A stretch of 64,000 nucleotides of DNA from a virus: IMG/VR virus record IMGVR_UViG_3300023174_007394, positions 1 to 64,000 of that record, one strand, 5' to 3'. The translations under genes were made by a program, and so were the position numbers. The notes beneath the pieces were generated by a model. It saw only the letters and a program-made list of their open reading frames with translations, was not told where the DNA came from and made no database searches. Below are positions 38,481-48,088 of the stretch, one piece after another. Position 1 is the first letter of the stretch. Every line of letters starts with the position of its first letter.

Positions 38481-41400
38481 TTAACTGAATTGGAAGAAAC
38501 CACCTGAAGAAATACCACCAGTTCTTGTTACTGTCATTCTATTGATAAACTTATGTATTCCTCTAGCAGGCTCGATAATAACATCTATAATACCTATGTT
38601 TTGATCGATTATTGCTGGTGTATTGTTTGAGGAATCCATTATAGTTAAGTAGTTATAAACACCTCCAACATTTTTAACGCCAGTTAAATAGTTATCTACT
38701 ATTGTCTTGATCTCCAATCTGATTGAATCTTCGTTGAAGTCAAATACATAATTTGCCAAGATATCTTCAATGTTCTCTTCTAATGTGATTAAAAGATCTC
38801 TAACGTGAAGATTGTTGAACGCAGAGTTTGTTCTTTGATATCCAGTTTGGTTACCGTAGATTACTAAACCTATATTTCTTTTTCTTACGATAGGGTTAAT
38901 TCCGAATGGTTCTAACCAATCTCTATCTACAGTAGCAAAATCATATTCAAGTCCTACTAGGTTACTACCTGATAGAATACCTCTTTTTTGACCAGCAACT
39001 ATTGAATAAGGTTCTCCTGTAACAAATTTTCTAATAAAGTTATTACTTACGTGTGCTGCAGGTGGTATATTAAGATTTTTACCATTATCTCTAATCGTTA
39101 AGAATGGGGAGAATACGCCGCAGAATTTAGCACCAAGATCTTCATCAGGCAAAGTAAATCTGTATGAAGGATTAAGTGCCAAATTACCGCCTTCTGCAAT
39201 GTATTTAGCATTTAAAAGCGGAGAAGGATTAGTAGCAGTTGGTGCATCAGTAAATCTAGGATCAACTGAATCTTTAAACTTGTTGATTGACGGTGCATTC
39301 AAAAGAGCTAAACATTTTTGTCTTAGCTTAGCAAGTCTAGATAGCTGAGACTTAGAATTTGTTTTAATTTGACCATCGAATGTATCAACAATATATCTAA
39401 ATGTGATGATATTTCTATCAGACAAAGTATTAGCTATGTTAGTGTCGAAAAGAACATCTAATATTTGATCCAATCTATCATCAGTACCATTAGGTCTGTG
39501 TGAAGCCTTCATTTGGAAGCCAGGAAGATAACTGAATTTGTAGCTGCTTATGAATTCATGAACCGCTTTAAATTTGTTAACTTTTGGTGTAGATCCGCCA
39601 AATAATAATATTGGTCTATCAGTTTTAACGTAGATAGTATAATTACCAGGTGATCCCGGGATTGGTACTCTCTTAACCTCATTAATTCTTGTTAATCTGT
39701 TGGTTTTTATCCCATTGTTATTCTCGAAAGAAACTAGATCTTGAGAAACTAGCAAATCACCAACTTTAAGACCAGAAGCAGTTACGTCCATTAAAGACAT
39801 CTCAACTTGACTAGGTCCGATTATTGAAAGAATATCAACATACTCATTTAAGTTACCTACTATAGAGATAATATTTAACATATTAGCTCCTATTGTGTCT
39901 GCAGGACCATTTGCTGTAGACTTATAACTGAAATCCCAGTCTGCAGCATCTAATTGAGTTCCCTCAAGTTGTTCTGTAGGATATGCTGCTAATGTGATAG
40001 TATCAAATCCATCTCTATCAACCGATAATTGAAGTTTAATGTATTGAAGTGAAGCTCCATCATATGAAGTGTGTATAACATCACCATCGCTAATAGATCC
40101 TAAATTATAATCTTTAAACATCTGAGATCCTGCATATCCATAATATGAGTAATTGCTTATTGGAGCAATAGGCTCTGGACTTCCGTAAAGACCAGGAGAT
40201 GTTTCAACTGGATCCAATCTATCAAAGTAGTTAGGAGTACCGAATTGGTAAAAACCAGCATTTAGATCAGTGTCATCATATGGCTCAACATATTGATTTA
40301 GAGTGGTATACAAAGGATGTGACCAAAGTATTCTTAATTGAACGTCTCCCGGAGCAACTGTTATTAATTTAACATCCATAACCATCAATTTAACTAAGTC
40401 ATCATCAACAAATGATCTTCCTGCATCAACATTTCCAGCAATTGAATTAATTACCTTACCAACTATGTATTTTGGTTCTGGATTTGCTACTGTTGGAGTT
40501 AAATATGTCTGTAAAGCAGCTACTCTATCATCCTTATCTACTCCAGAAAATGCAGTTTGTAAGTATGGATATCCCATCTCTAAAGCAGCAGGATCGTAAG
40601 CTAAGAAATCTGCGCTATCAACCCCTGGAGAACCTGCTCCAACTTCTGAGTAAAAATCTCCACCTTCAATTAAATCCTGTCCAGTTCCATTATCAGCAAC
40701 TGTAAGGTATTTTTGCTCATAAGTAAGATCAGAGCTAAATGGTGAACTATAACTTAAAAAGTTTATATCAGTAATAGGATCGTTAGCTGGATTTAAAACT
40801 CCAGTTAAATGGTGACCAACTAGATCTATAACAGATCCATTACTTCCTAAATCGTCTAAAGCTTCTTCATTAACAGCACATAAGATACCAGTTTGACCTA
40901 CTTGAGTGTTTACTAGAGTCTTAATGTATCTTGCTACTCCGTTTTGATCCACAAAGTCAGGAATTAAACATCCTGTAACAGAGAAAAGCATATTAATTTC
41001 TGTCAATCCTAAGAATTGATCTAATTTGTCTTTTATAAATCCTTTAGAGCTAAAATACTGAGAATATACAGGATCTTGACTAAGAGCTAAATAATTAGTC
41101 CAGTTTCCACTGATTGCAATAACATCGATGAATAGATCTGAGATATAATCTTGTGGGTGTAAGAACACTGGAACATTATTAGGTCCAAAATGCTCAGATG
41201 CAGTTATATCAAATCCTTTAAGAGGAACACTAGAATCTATAGACTTCTTGACAATTATACTAACTTCTGCTTGGCTAAGGTTAACAATACTAAAAAGTTT
41301 AGATTTTTCTGAAGTATGAGTTGTGGCAAGAAGCATTTGAGGATCTGGATACCAGAATCTCTCTTTATTATAATAAGATGAAACTAATTTATCTTGGTTA

Positions 41401-41840
41401 GAAAGAAGTGTATTAGATGTAGCATATGTTGTTGTATAGTTTACACCATTAGCTTCTACTGTATCCACAGAGAAAGCTCTATATCTAGCAACATCCGCTC
41501 CGCTTTCAACATCAGGCTCACCTGTTAATTCTACCACTGAATTATTAAGCTTTAAAAGATTAAGAGCGAAGATAGGTCCGCTACTTAAACAAGTAAGCAT
41601 TGATCTGTGGAAGAATGAACCTTTCTTTTCTAGGGTTCTGTCGATATCGCCGAAGATCTTGATAGCAGTTGCCTGATCAGGAACATAAACGGGCGTATTG
41701 AAAGGCCCTTTTGAAGAAAATCCAACAACCAGTCTAACTGTTTGGGGATTTACTATGATATTTTCAGAAGCATCATATTCTAGAGTGTAAACCCCTGAGC
41801 TTTTGAAAACGGATAAATCTAATGTTAACTTTTTTGCCAT
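38481..41840 (-). CDS. gp18: Tail sheath protein (gp18-like, 1119 aa)
   Basis: SSGVYTLEYD, KGPFNTP, GINPIV...YGNQT...HVRDLL...FDFN...IIEP C-terminal sheath motifs. Confidence 0.9.
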   Translation of the reverse strand: MAKKLTLDLSVFKSSGVYTLEYDASENIIVNPQTVRLVVGFSSKGPFNTPVYVPDQATAIKIFGDIDRTLEKKGSFFHRSMLTCLSSGPIFALNLLKLNNSVVELTGEPDVESGADVARYRAFSVDTVEANGVNYTTTYATSNTLLSNQDKLVSSYYNKERFWYPDPQMLLATTHTSEKSKLFSIVNLSQAEVSIIVKKSIDSSVPLKGFDITASEHFGPNNVPVFLHPQDYISDLFIDVIAISGNWTNYLALSQDPVYSQYFSSKGFIKDKLDQFLGLTEINMLFSVTGCLIPDFVDQNGVARYIKTLVNTQVGQTGILCAVNEEALDDLGSNGSVIDLVGHHLTGVLNPANDPITDINFLSYSSPFSSDLTYEQKYLTVADNGTGQDLIEGGDFYSEVGAGSPGVDSADFLAYDPAALEMGYPYLQTAFSGVDKDDRVAALQTYLTPTVANPEPKYIVGKVINSIAGNVDAGRSFVDDDLVKLMVMDVKLITVAPGDVQLRILWSHPLYTTLNQYVEPYDDTDLNAGFYQFGTPNYFDRLDPVETSPGLYGSPEPIAPISNYSYYGYAGSQMFKDYNLGSISDGDVIHTSYDGASLQYIKLQLSVDRDGFDTITLAAYPTEQLEGTQLDAADWDFSYKSTANGPADTIGANMLNIISIVGNLNEYVDILSIIGPSQVEMSLMDVTASGLKVGDLLVSQDLVSFENNNGIKTNRLTRINEVKRVPIPGSPGNYTIYVKTDRPILLFGGSTPKVNKFKAVHEFISSYKFSYLPGFQMKASHRPNGTDDRLDQILDVLFDTNIANTLSDRNIITFRYIVDTFDGQIKTNSKSQLSRLAKLRQKCLALLNAPSINKFKDSVDPRFTDAPTATNPSPLLNAKYIAEGGNLALNPSYRFTLPDEDLGAKFCGVFSPFLTIRDNGKNLNIPPAAHVSNNFIRKFVTGEPYSIVAGQKRGILSGSNLVGLEYDFATVDRDWLEPFGINPIVRKRNIGLVIYGNQTGYQRTNSAFNNLHVRDLLITLEENIEDILANYVFDFNEDSIRLEIKTIVDNYLTGVKNVGGVYNYLTIMDSSNNTPAIIDQNIGIIDVIIEPARGIHKFINRMTVTRTGGISSGGFFQFS

Positions 41841-41857
41841 TTTATGTTTTTTAATTC

Positions 41858-41865
41858 TATATATC
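41858..41865 (-). promoter_or_regulatory. Putative late promoter GATATATA (second copy at 41941-41948)
   Basis: Tandem motifs upstream of the sheath gene. Confidence 0.65.
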
Positions 41866-41956
41866 TTTTTTAGGGAGAAAATTTTTCTTCACACCCTATA
41901 TTGTTATCAATGGATAAAAATATTTAAGATATTATATTACTATATATCTAAAAAAA

Positions 41957-43762
41957 CTAGAAAAAATCTTTAAATATATTATATGTTTCCATCTCCCTAG
42001 TAGAAAGGTCAGAAATGCTTGTATTTTCACTTCCTAGTAGCTTTTTATTTATGCTATCTTTATATTTTTCAGGTAGAGTATCAAATATATCCATAACTAA
42101 ATAATTAAAATCCTCGTATTCAAAAATAGCATTGGAATTAACTAGAGTCATAGCAATATCATCTTTTCCTATTTGACTCTGGTATATTCCTTTGGATGTC
42201 TCTCCAAAATTGCTTAATTCTAAGATAGAAGTGTATTCTGTAGGTATTATTTTAGAATTTCTGGTGTTTATTTTTAAATCTTCACAATATTTTTCTTTAG
42301 TCTTGGGTGTAACCTTGACACCACACTTTAATTGTTTAGAGCTTTCTGTGTGTTTAGTGAACACAAACATCTCGGTAAATAATTTTTCGCCTCCTAATAT
42401 TTTATCTATTAAATATTCCCCTCTATAATCAACCTCTACAATTAATTTTACCTGTTCTGCATTAAATACCTCTGAGCAAAGTATTTCTATAAAGACCTTA
42501 AGCTCTTCTATTTGTATGGTATTAGATCTAAAAAGGCCAACTTGTAAAAGACAAAAGAAATCAGATTCATCCTCATAAAACTTTTTCTCTGTTATAAGAT
42601 TTAATGGTAAGGGTGATATTTTTAAAATATTGACAACTGTATAATCCCCACCTCCTCCGCCTGCTGTATCTACAGATATCACAAATCTTTTATTTTCACC
42701 TTCCTCCCAAAGATTAGTTGGATCGAAGTTTGGATGCCAAAGAAGATTTTCATAATCTATTATTGAATTTTGAAATGGTAATAGTTCTTTATGAACAAAT
42801 TTCATTTCTGTTTTCTTTAATTTTTTTAATGTATACGAATCTAATAATAGTTTAGAAGAGCTTAAAAATTGATTTCCGTACTCCTGATTAAAATCCTCCT
42901 CTGATCCCAGATTTGATATTTCTCTTTTTTTCCATTCATCATCTCTTCCTGGAACCTGCCACCAGTCCACTCTTATTGGGTTAAATTCATTCTCTCCTTC
43001 TATAGCAGATTTATAGATCTCATAGAATTTATTCATACCATTAGGGGTGGATGTAATAATAATCCTTGATATTTGTGATGAAGATATAGTTGGATATACG
43101 GATTTAAAGAATTGGCCTATAAAATTAGGATTAATATGAGCAAACTCATCCATGTATAAAAAGTGAACTGTAAAACCGATAGAAGACTGCTTAGTTGTTG
43201 TTTTAGCCATGATTCTACAGCCGTTATCAAACTTCATGGTCATAACATTATAAACAAGTATACCTGGCTTTAAAAAGAAAGGTAGGCCCCTCATAATGGT
43301 TTTAATTTTATCCATCAGTTCAGTAGCAGTATCACCGATATTTGCAAGGATCATAGCATTCTTATCGAAATTGAAAAGAAGATACCATAATAAAAATATA
43401 GAAGATGTTACAGTTTTTCCACTTTGTCTGGGTGAAAGAAATATATTAAAGCGGTGTTCTTGGTATTGACTTAATATTTGTTCCTGATAATCCCTGAGTG
43501 TTATCTTTTTAACACCCTCATCGGTCATTACTCTACAATACTTATTTGCAAAGTATATAACATCACTTGCACACTTCTTTATTTCGGATATTTCATCCTC
43601 TGTGTATTCAAAAAGAATTCCACCGCTCCTTAAATCCGGATCATTTTCATGGAAAGGATTATCAAGATCCTTAAAATCTATTCCATTTTCGTCAGCTTTT
43701 TTAATTACCTCTTCTACTCGAGCTGTGCTCCAATAATTACTTTTTACTTTTTCTTCTGCCAT
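41957..43762 (-). CDS. gp17: Terminase large subunit (T4 gp17-type)
   Basis: LRDYQ, PRQSGKT, YMDEFAH, ITSTPNG, FNQEY, SVDTAGG, KDDIAM. Confidence 0.95.
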   Translation of the reverse strand: MAEEKVKSNYWSTARVEEVIKKADENGIDFKDLDNPFHENDPDLRSGGILFEYTEDEISEIKKCASDVIYFANKYCRVMTDEGVKKITLRDYQEQILSQYQEHRFNIFLSPRQSGKTVTSSIFLLWYLLFNFDKNAMILANIGDTATELMDKIKTIMRGLPFFLKPGILVYNVMTMKFDNGCRIMAKTTTKQSSIGFTVHFLYMDEFAHINPNFIGQFFKSVYPTISSSQISRIIITSTPNGMNKFYEIYKSAIEGENEFNPIRVDWWQVPGRDDEWKKREISNLGSEEDFNQEYGNQFLSSSKLLLDSYTLKKLKKTEMKFVHKELLPFQNSIIDYENLLWHPNFDPTNLWEEGENKRFVISVDTAGGGGGDYTVVNILKISPLPLNLITEKKFYEDESDFFCLLQVGLFRSNTIQIEELKVFIEILCSEVFNAEQVKLIVEVDYRGEYLIDKILGGEKLFTEMFVFTKHTESSKQLKCGVKVTPKTKEKYCEDLKINTRNSKIIPTEYTSILELSNFGETSKGIYQSQIGKDDIAMTLVNSNAIFEYEDFNYLVMDIFDTLPEKYKDSINKKLLGSENTSISDLSTREMETYNIFKDFF

Positions 43763-43765
43763 ATA

Positions 43766-44566
43766 TTAAAATAAATCATCATCAAGATCTATCTTTGTTT
43801 CATCTTCCTTTTGCCTTAGAAGTTCTGCCTCTGGGGCTATTAGATCTTTTTGCTTTGGGTCTATAAGATTATTAATAGGCGTCTCCTCCACCACTTGTGC
43901 TTTTTTAATAATGACCTCAGTTTTTATAGTGTTTTGCAGGCCTTCCATTAGGGATTTATTACCTCTTACTTTGACAGTTCCACCCTCTCCTGATATTCCG
44001 GGAATAATGACAGGAGCACCATCATCTCCCATCATTAGGGGTTGTTTAGTGCTATCCGATGCCTTAGCCTCTACGTTTAAACTTTTATAGGTTTTCTCCA
44101 TATCAGCAAGATATGATTGGAGCTTAGCTGGCATTTGCATTAATTGGTTTTGCATCTGTGCTAATACCTCAAAATTTCTAGCTTGATACTGACCTCCAGC
44201 ATCTATTTCATCAAGCATTTTTGTAACAGCATGTTGTGCTGTTCTAATTTGAAATGCCATCGTTGAAATACTTAAAGCATCTATTTTAGCCCTATAATTA
44301 ACATAATCTCCTTCCTCTATAATATCGGAATCCATATAGAATTTGATAAGAGAATTTAAAATACTTTTAGCCTCTGTTTCTACCTCAGTCTTTAAATTAT
44401 CAAAATTCATCATCCTACTTGGTTTCATAGGAGGTATATCAGGGGATCCTAAATCATCTAAAAGATCGTCTGCAAATATCAGGTCCTCTAATTCTTTTTT
44501 CTTTCTTAGAGCATCCTCTTTTGTTAGCTTAGTTTCCGGCTTATTTTTAGGTGGTCTTCTTGGCAT
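43766..44566 (-). CDS. Probable terminase small subunit (gp16-like)
   Basis: Immediately upstream of gp17; ARNFEVLAQM resembles the gp16 PRxxEV motif. Confidence 0.5.
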   Translation of the reverse strand: MPRRPPKNKPETKLTKEDALRKKKELEDLIFADDLLDDLGSPDIPPMKPSRMMNFDNLKTEVETEAKSILNSLIKFYMDSDIIEEGDYVNYRAKIDALSISTMAFQIRTAQHAVTKMLDEIDAGGQYQARNFEVLAQMQNQLMQMPAKLQSYLADMEKTYKSLNVEAKASDSTKQPLMMGDDGAPVIIPGISGEGGTVKVRGNKSLMEGLQNTIKTEVIIKKAQVVEETPINNLIDPKQKDLIAPEAELLRQKEDETKIDLDDDLF

Positions 44567-44581
44567 CCGGTTTTATTATAT

Positions 44582-46747
44582 TTATCTGTTTTTAACAATT
44601 TTTGGAAGCTTCAAAACAGGTTTAGCATTATCTATAATTATTGCTAATTGAGAATCGTTAACAATATTTTGATTTAATATCGCTGATTGCTTTTCTTTTT
44701 CAATCATATTTTGGAAGATCCTTAAATTTGTTAGGTATATGTGACTTCCTAAAATCTTATATGAATTATTATCTGATTTAAATGTTTCTACTTGATTGCT
44801 TAATTCGATATCCGAAGGTATAGAATACATATATTTTTGTGAATTTAATCCCTCTTTTATATGCACCAATCCAAGATCAGAAGTTTGTGAAGCTGTATTT
44901 TCAGGATCATATAGCATTTTCCAAACATTTATTGAATATTGCTTGAATGCGTTAGAAAAATTAAATACAAATCCATACCAATCGTCTAGGTTTGGAATAA
45001 ATTCTCCTATGCCCGTGTCTATACCAGAACCAAAAGGTGAAAGTATTTCCAAATCATTTATTAAAATTCTAAATGATCCTATTTCAATATATTTACTGCT
45101 TGTACCCTCGTTAGAGCCTGACCATATCATTTGTATTTGTATGCCCTCACTGTTTTTTCTTCCATAGATAAGTGTTCTTGCCTGTGCTTTTTGCATTCTC
45201 CATGTGCTCAGTGAAGCTGTAATTGGTGTACCTGTGTCCTTAACGGTAAATGTATATTCATCATTTATAGCCAATATTTTAAATCCTCCAGAATGCGAAG
45301 CATCCCCAAGTATAGAAACATATCCCTCTGGATTAGTTCCCATTGTTAGTCTATGAGTTTGTGGATATGTTGAATAAGTAATTGTTCCGTCTGATGTGGT
45401 ATATGATGCTATAGGAATTTTAGGATCAGGTTTACTAACTAGTTTTGTTTTGTCAATGTAATTTCTAACCTTAAACCAACATGTGAAAGCTATTTCATCA
45501 TTTTCACCAAGTATTGGTAGTGATTTGTATCTAACAGCTTGTCTTTGTTCGTCTGTTTTACTATTAGAATTAGGATCATCATATAGATATCTCTCCAGAT
45601 CATAATAGCTATTAAATACAATTGTCCAGCTGTTATTTAAATCATACTCAATGATAGGAAGATAGCGATCAATATATCCTCTTGAGGGATCTTCGTTCCT
45701 TCTTTGAGAAGAAACAAAATATTGTTGAGGTTTAGTTATTTTTTCTATCTCCTCTTGTACTTCCTCACCAAAAAGATCCTTTGTATTAACTGTATAATCT
45801 AAAAGTTCTTTTTCCACCGCAGGATCATTAAATTTCGTGTTTAGCTTCACGTCATATTTCATCAATTGACATTTAAAATAAACAGGGTAAAGATTAAAAT
45901 CCCTATGTAAGTATGTTGATTCTATTTGATATATTCTATTAGTTAGAGGAAAGAAAATGATGTCTCTTTTTCTTGGCTGCGAGCCTTTTCCAAATATGCT
46001 TTCAAAATATTTTCTATCTATATGAACTTCTAAAGGCTGTTCAAACTGAATTCCAAATGTGTCATAAATAGGCTTATTGTCTGGAAAATTATTCTGAGGT
46101 ACTAAAACCTTTATACATTTATCTTCTACAACATCAAATAGGCTGTATTCTTTTAAAACAACGTCTTTACCCCTGCCATTTGGCTGTACTGAATAGTAAT
46201 TTACCTCGTGACCGAAAAGTGTGTTTACTGTTCGGCTTAAATCTTGGTAAATATTTATGCCTCTATTAACGTCATAAGGTTGAAATAATGTGCTAGCAGA
46301 ACAATCCCTAAAGATTATAGATTTAGTGTAAAGCTCTTTTGAACAAAGAATCACAGGTTTTGTAGCAAAATCTCTTAAATCTATAACTTTATATTCCAGA
46401 TCAAGATCAAAATTTTCAAGCAGTATTCCAGGGCTAAGATCTGTTCCCTCCGGATAATATGGACTTGAATACTCGTCTGAAAATGCGGTAAATCTAAACT
46501 CTAGATAAAGATCTTTATCTGGATTAAGATCCAATCCTGTAGTGTTTTCCACAGTTAAAGGCATCCATAAAGACCAATTGCTGTTATTTAAGCTCCACCT
46601 AAACTCATTCTTTAAATAAGAGGAAGGAAATACTTCTCCTGAGGTATCTATAATCCATCCATTGAATTTTTTAACATTTTTAAATGGTGAATTATAATTA
46701 ATAATTCTATAGTTTCCTATGCTGGAGAATATAATAGATTCGTTCAT
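44582..46747 (-). CDS. Neck protein (gp14-like core) with N- and C-terminal extensions
   Basis: GHEVNYY...FGIQF...PRKRDIIFFPLTNRIYQI core; next to a gp15-like gene. Confidence 0.6.
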   Translation of the reverse strand: MNESIIFSSIGNYRIINYNSPFKNVKKFNGWIIDTSGEVFPSSYLKNEFRWSLNNSNWSLWMPLTVENTTGLDLNPDKDLYLEFRFTAFSDEYSSPYYPEGTDLSPGILLENFDLDLEYKVIDLRDFATKPVILCSKELYTKSIIFRDCSASTLFQPYDVNRGINIYQDLSRTVNTLFGHEVNYYSVQPNGRGKDVVLKEYSLFDVVEDKCIKVLVPQNNFPDNKPIYDTFGIQFEQPLEVHIDRKYFESIFGKGSQPRKRDIIFFPLTNRIYQIESTYLHRDFNLYPVYFKCQLMKYDVKLNTKFNDPAVEKELLDYTVNTKDLFGEEVQEEIEKITKPQQYFVSSQRRNEDPSRGYIDRYLPIIEYDLNNSWTIVFNSYYDLERYLYDDPNSNSKTDEQRQAVRYKSLPILGENDEIAFTCWFKVRNYIDKTKLVSKPDPKIPIASYTTSDGTITYSTYPQTHRLTMGTNPEGYVSILGDASHSGGFKILAINDEYTFTVKDTGTPITASLSTWRMQKAQARTLIYGRKNSEGIQIQMIWSGSNEGTSSKYIEIGSFRILINDLEILSPFGSGIDTGIGEFIPNLDDWYGFVFNFSNAFKQYSINVWKMLYDPENTASQTSDLGLVHIKEGLNSQKYMYSIPSDIELSNQVETFKSDNNSYKILGSHIYLTNLRIFQNMIEKEKQSAILNQNIVNDSQLAIIIDNAKPVLKLPKIVKNR

Positions 46748-46791
46748 TAAACATATATATCAGTGAACAATATCTCCAGTCTCTAAAAAAA

Positions 46792-46890
46792 ATGGAAAAA
46801 GATAAATTTGCTAGAAAATTGGCCCTGATCTTTATTATATCTTTCTGTTCAATTTTTACTATTTTACTTGCTTTAATACTAAATAGCTAA
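46792..46890 (+). CDS. Unannotated 32 aa single-TM peptide (MEKDKFARKLALIFIISFCSIFTILLALILNS)
   Basis: Fills the gap on the + strand, A-run before the ATG, CATATATA at 46752-46759. Confidence 0.5.
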   Translation: MEKDKFARKLALIFIISFCSIFTILLALILNS

Positions 46891-46893
46891 TTG

Positions 46894-47691
46894 TTAGGTG
46901 GTAGTATTATCTGAAAGATTGCCTATGCCCGATAATAAAACAGATTTATCAGGGGGAGGAACACCAAGTTCTATTCTAGATCTAATACCGCCTTGCATTA
47001 AATTACCCCTAAATCTTTCAGTTGTTGTGTCAATCTGAGGTAAATATGTTTCTGCATTAACAGAGAATCCTAGTGTTGTTCCCTCTCCTCTTGTACTACC
47101 ATAGCTAAAATTGAATTGATTAGGTGTTTTTTCAGGGAAGGAATCAGGTAGGGATACTTGAACTGGTATTCTAAATCCGTTATATTCAAAATAATAAATA
47201 AAATTTTTAAATAGAACTTCTATAGTTCTAGCCTGTATTTTTAATGCATCAGTTATAGTATCGACCTTCATTTTAATATTAAAAGTGCAATCTAATGGGA
47301 TGGATGTGAGGTATGATGAAAAAGCCCTTATTTCTGCTCCTCCTGTTTCCTGAGGTATTTCTTTTTCATATGTTCCTCTTACATATTTATTAGTTGAGCT
47401 AGCAGTATTTATACGGGAAGATTGATATTCTATAATACCTCTAGGAACAACATCATAATTTCCCTCAGCAAATGCTGGATTTCCGTCACAATCCCCATAA
47501 TCAAGATAGAAATCTTGTAAAAAAGCCTCATCCCCCGCCAGTGTATAGAAGAAAGGAATAAATATCTCCTGGACTTTCCCCTCACCTGTTGTTTGAAAAT
47601 AAGTGATTTTTTCATTTAGTGCTCTTAATAGTCCCACTATCATGCCTCTAAAAAAAATATCATCACTATTAAATTTATCTAAATAATTCAT
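46894..47691 (-). CDS. gp15: Tail terminator / sheath stabilizer (gp15-like)
   Basis: IPFFY, VPRG, IPLDCTFNIKMKVDTITDALKI, ETYL pattern. Confidence 0.65.
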   Translation of the reverse strand: MNYLDKFNSDDIFFRGMIVGLLRALNEKITYFQTTGEGKVQEIFIPFFYTLAGDEAFLQDFYLDYGDCDGNPAFAEGNYDVVPRGIIEYQSSRINTASSTNKYVRGTYEKEIPQETGGAEIRAFSSYLTSIPLDCTFNIKMKVDTITDALKIQARTIEVLFKNFIYYFEYNGFRIPVQVSLPDSFPEKTPNQFNFSYGSTRGEGTTLGFSVNAETYLPQIDTTTERFRGNLMQGGIRSRIELGVPPPDKSVLLSGIGNLSDNTTT

Positions 47692-48068
47692 TTATTTCCT
47701 CTTTTTATTAATGTGGAATAGTCTATAGAATATTCATTCTCTAATCCTATCTTTCTGCTATCAGCAACTTTAACATCTACCACAGGTATTTCGGTGTATA
47801 GAAACTTAATATGCTCGTTTTTTTGATTTCTGTAATTGGGATGTATAAAATATTCTTTAATGTATTGGTCATCGGTAAGAGCAACCACACTTGTTACATA
47901 TTCATTAGTCAATTGAGTCCTCCCTCTTGCTTCCGCAACAGGATTCTCAAATTTGTATATCTTAAATTCTGGAAATGAAATTCTTGATAGGGTTCTTTTA
48001 TTGTTGCTAACAACAAAAAAATATTGATACTTTGGAATATTGTTTCTGCTATTTATTTTATCTGCCAT
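47688..48068 (-). CDS. Hypothetical protein
   Basis: ORF overlapping the gp15-like start. Confidence 0.7.
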   Translation of the reverse strand: MADKINSRNNIPKYQYFFVVSNNKRTLSRISFPEFKIYKFENPVAEARGRTQLTNEYVTSVVALTDDQYIKEYFIHPNYRNQKNEHIKFLYTEIPVVDVKVADSRKIGLENEYSIDYSTLIKRGNK

Positions 48069-48088
48069 ATTCCTATATATTTTAATCT

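Noticed and set aside
41957-43762. Intein or intron in terminase (also checked ligase, helicase, UvsX)
   Set aside because: Normal lengths, contiguous motifs, no Hint or homing-endonuclease signatures.
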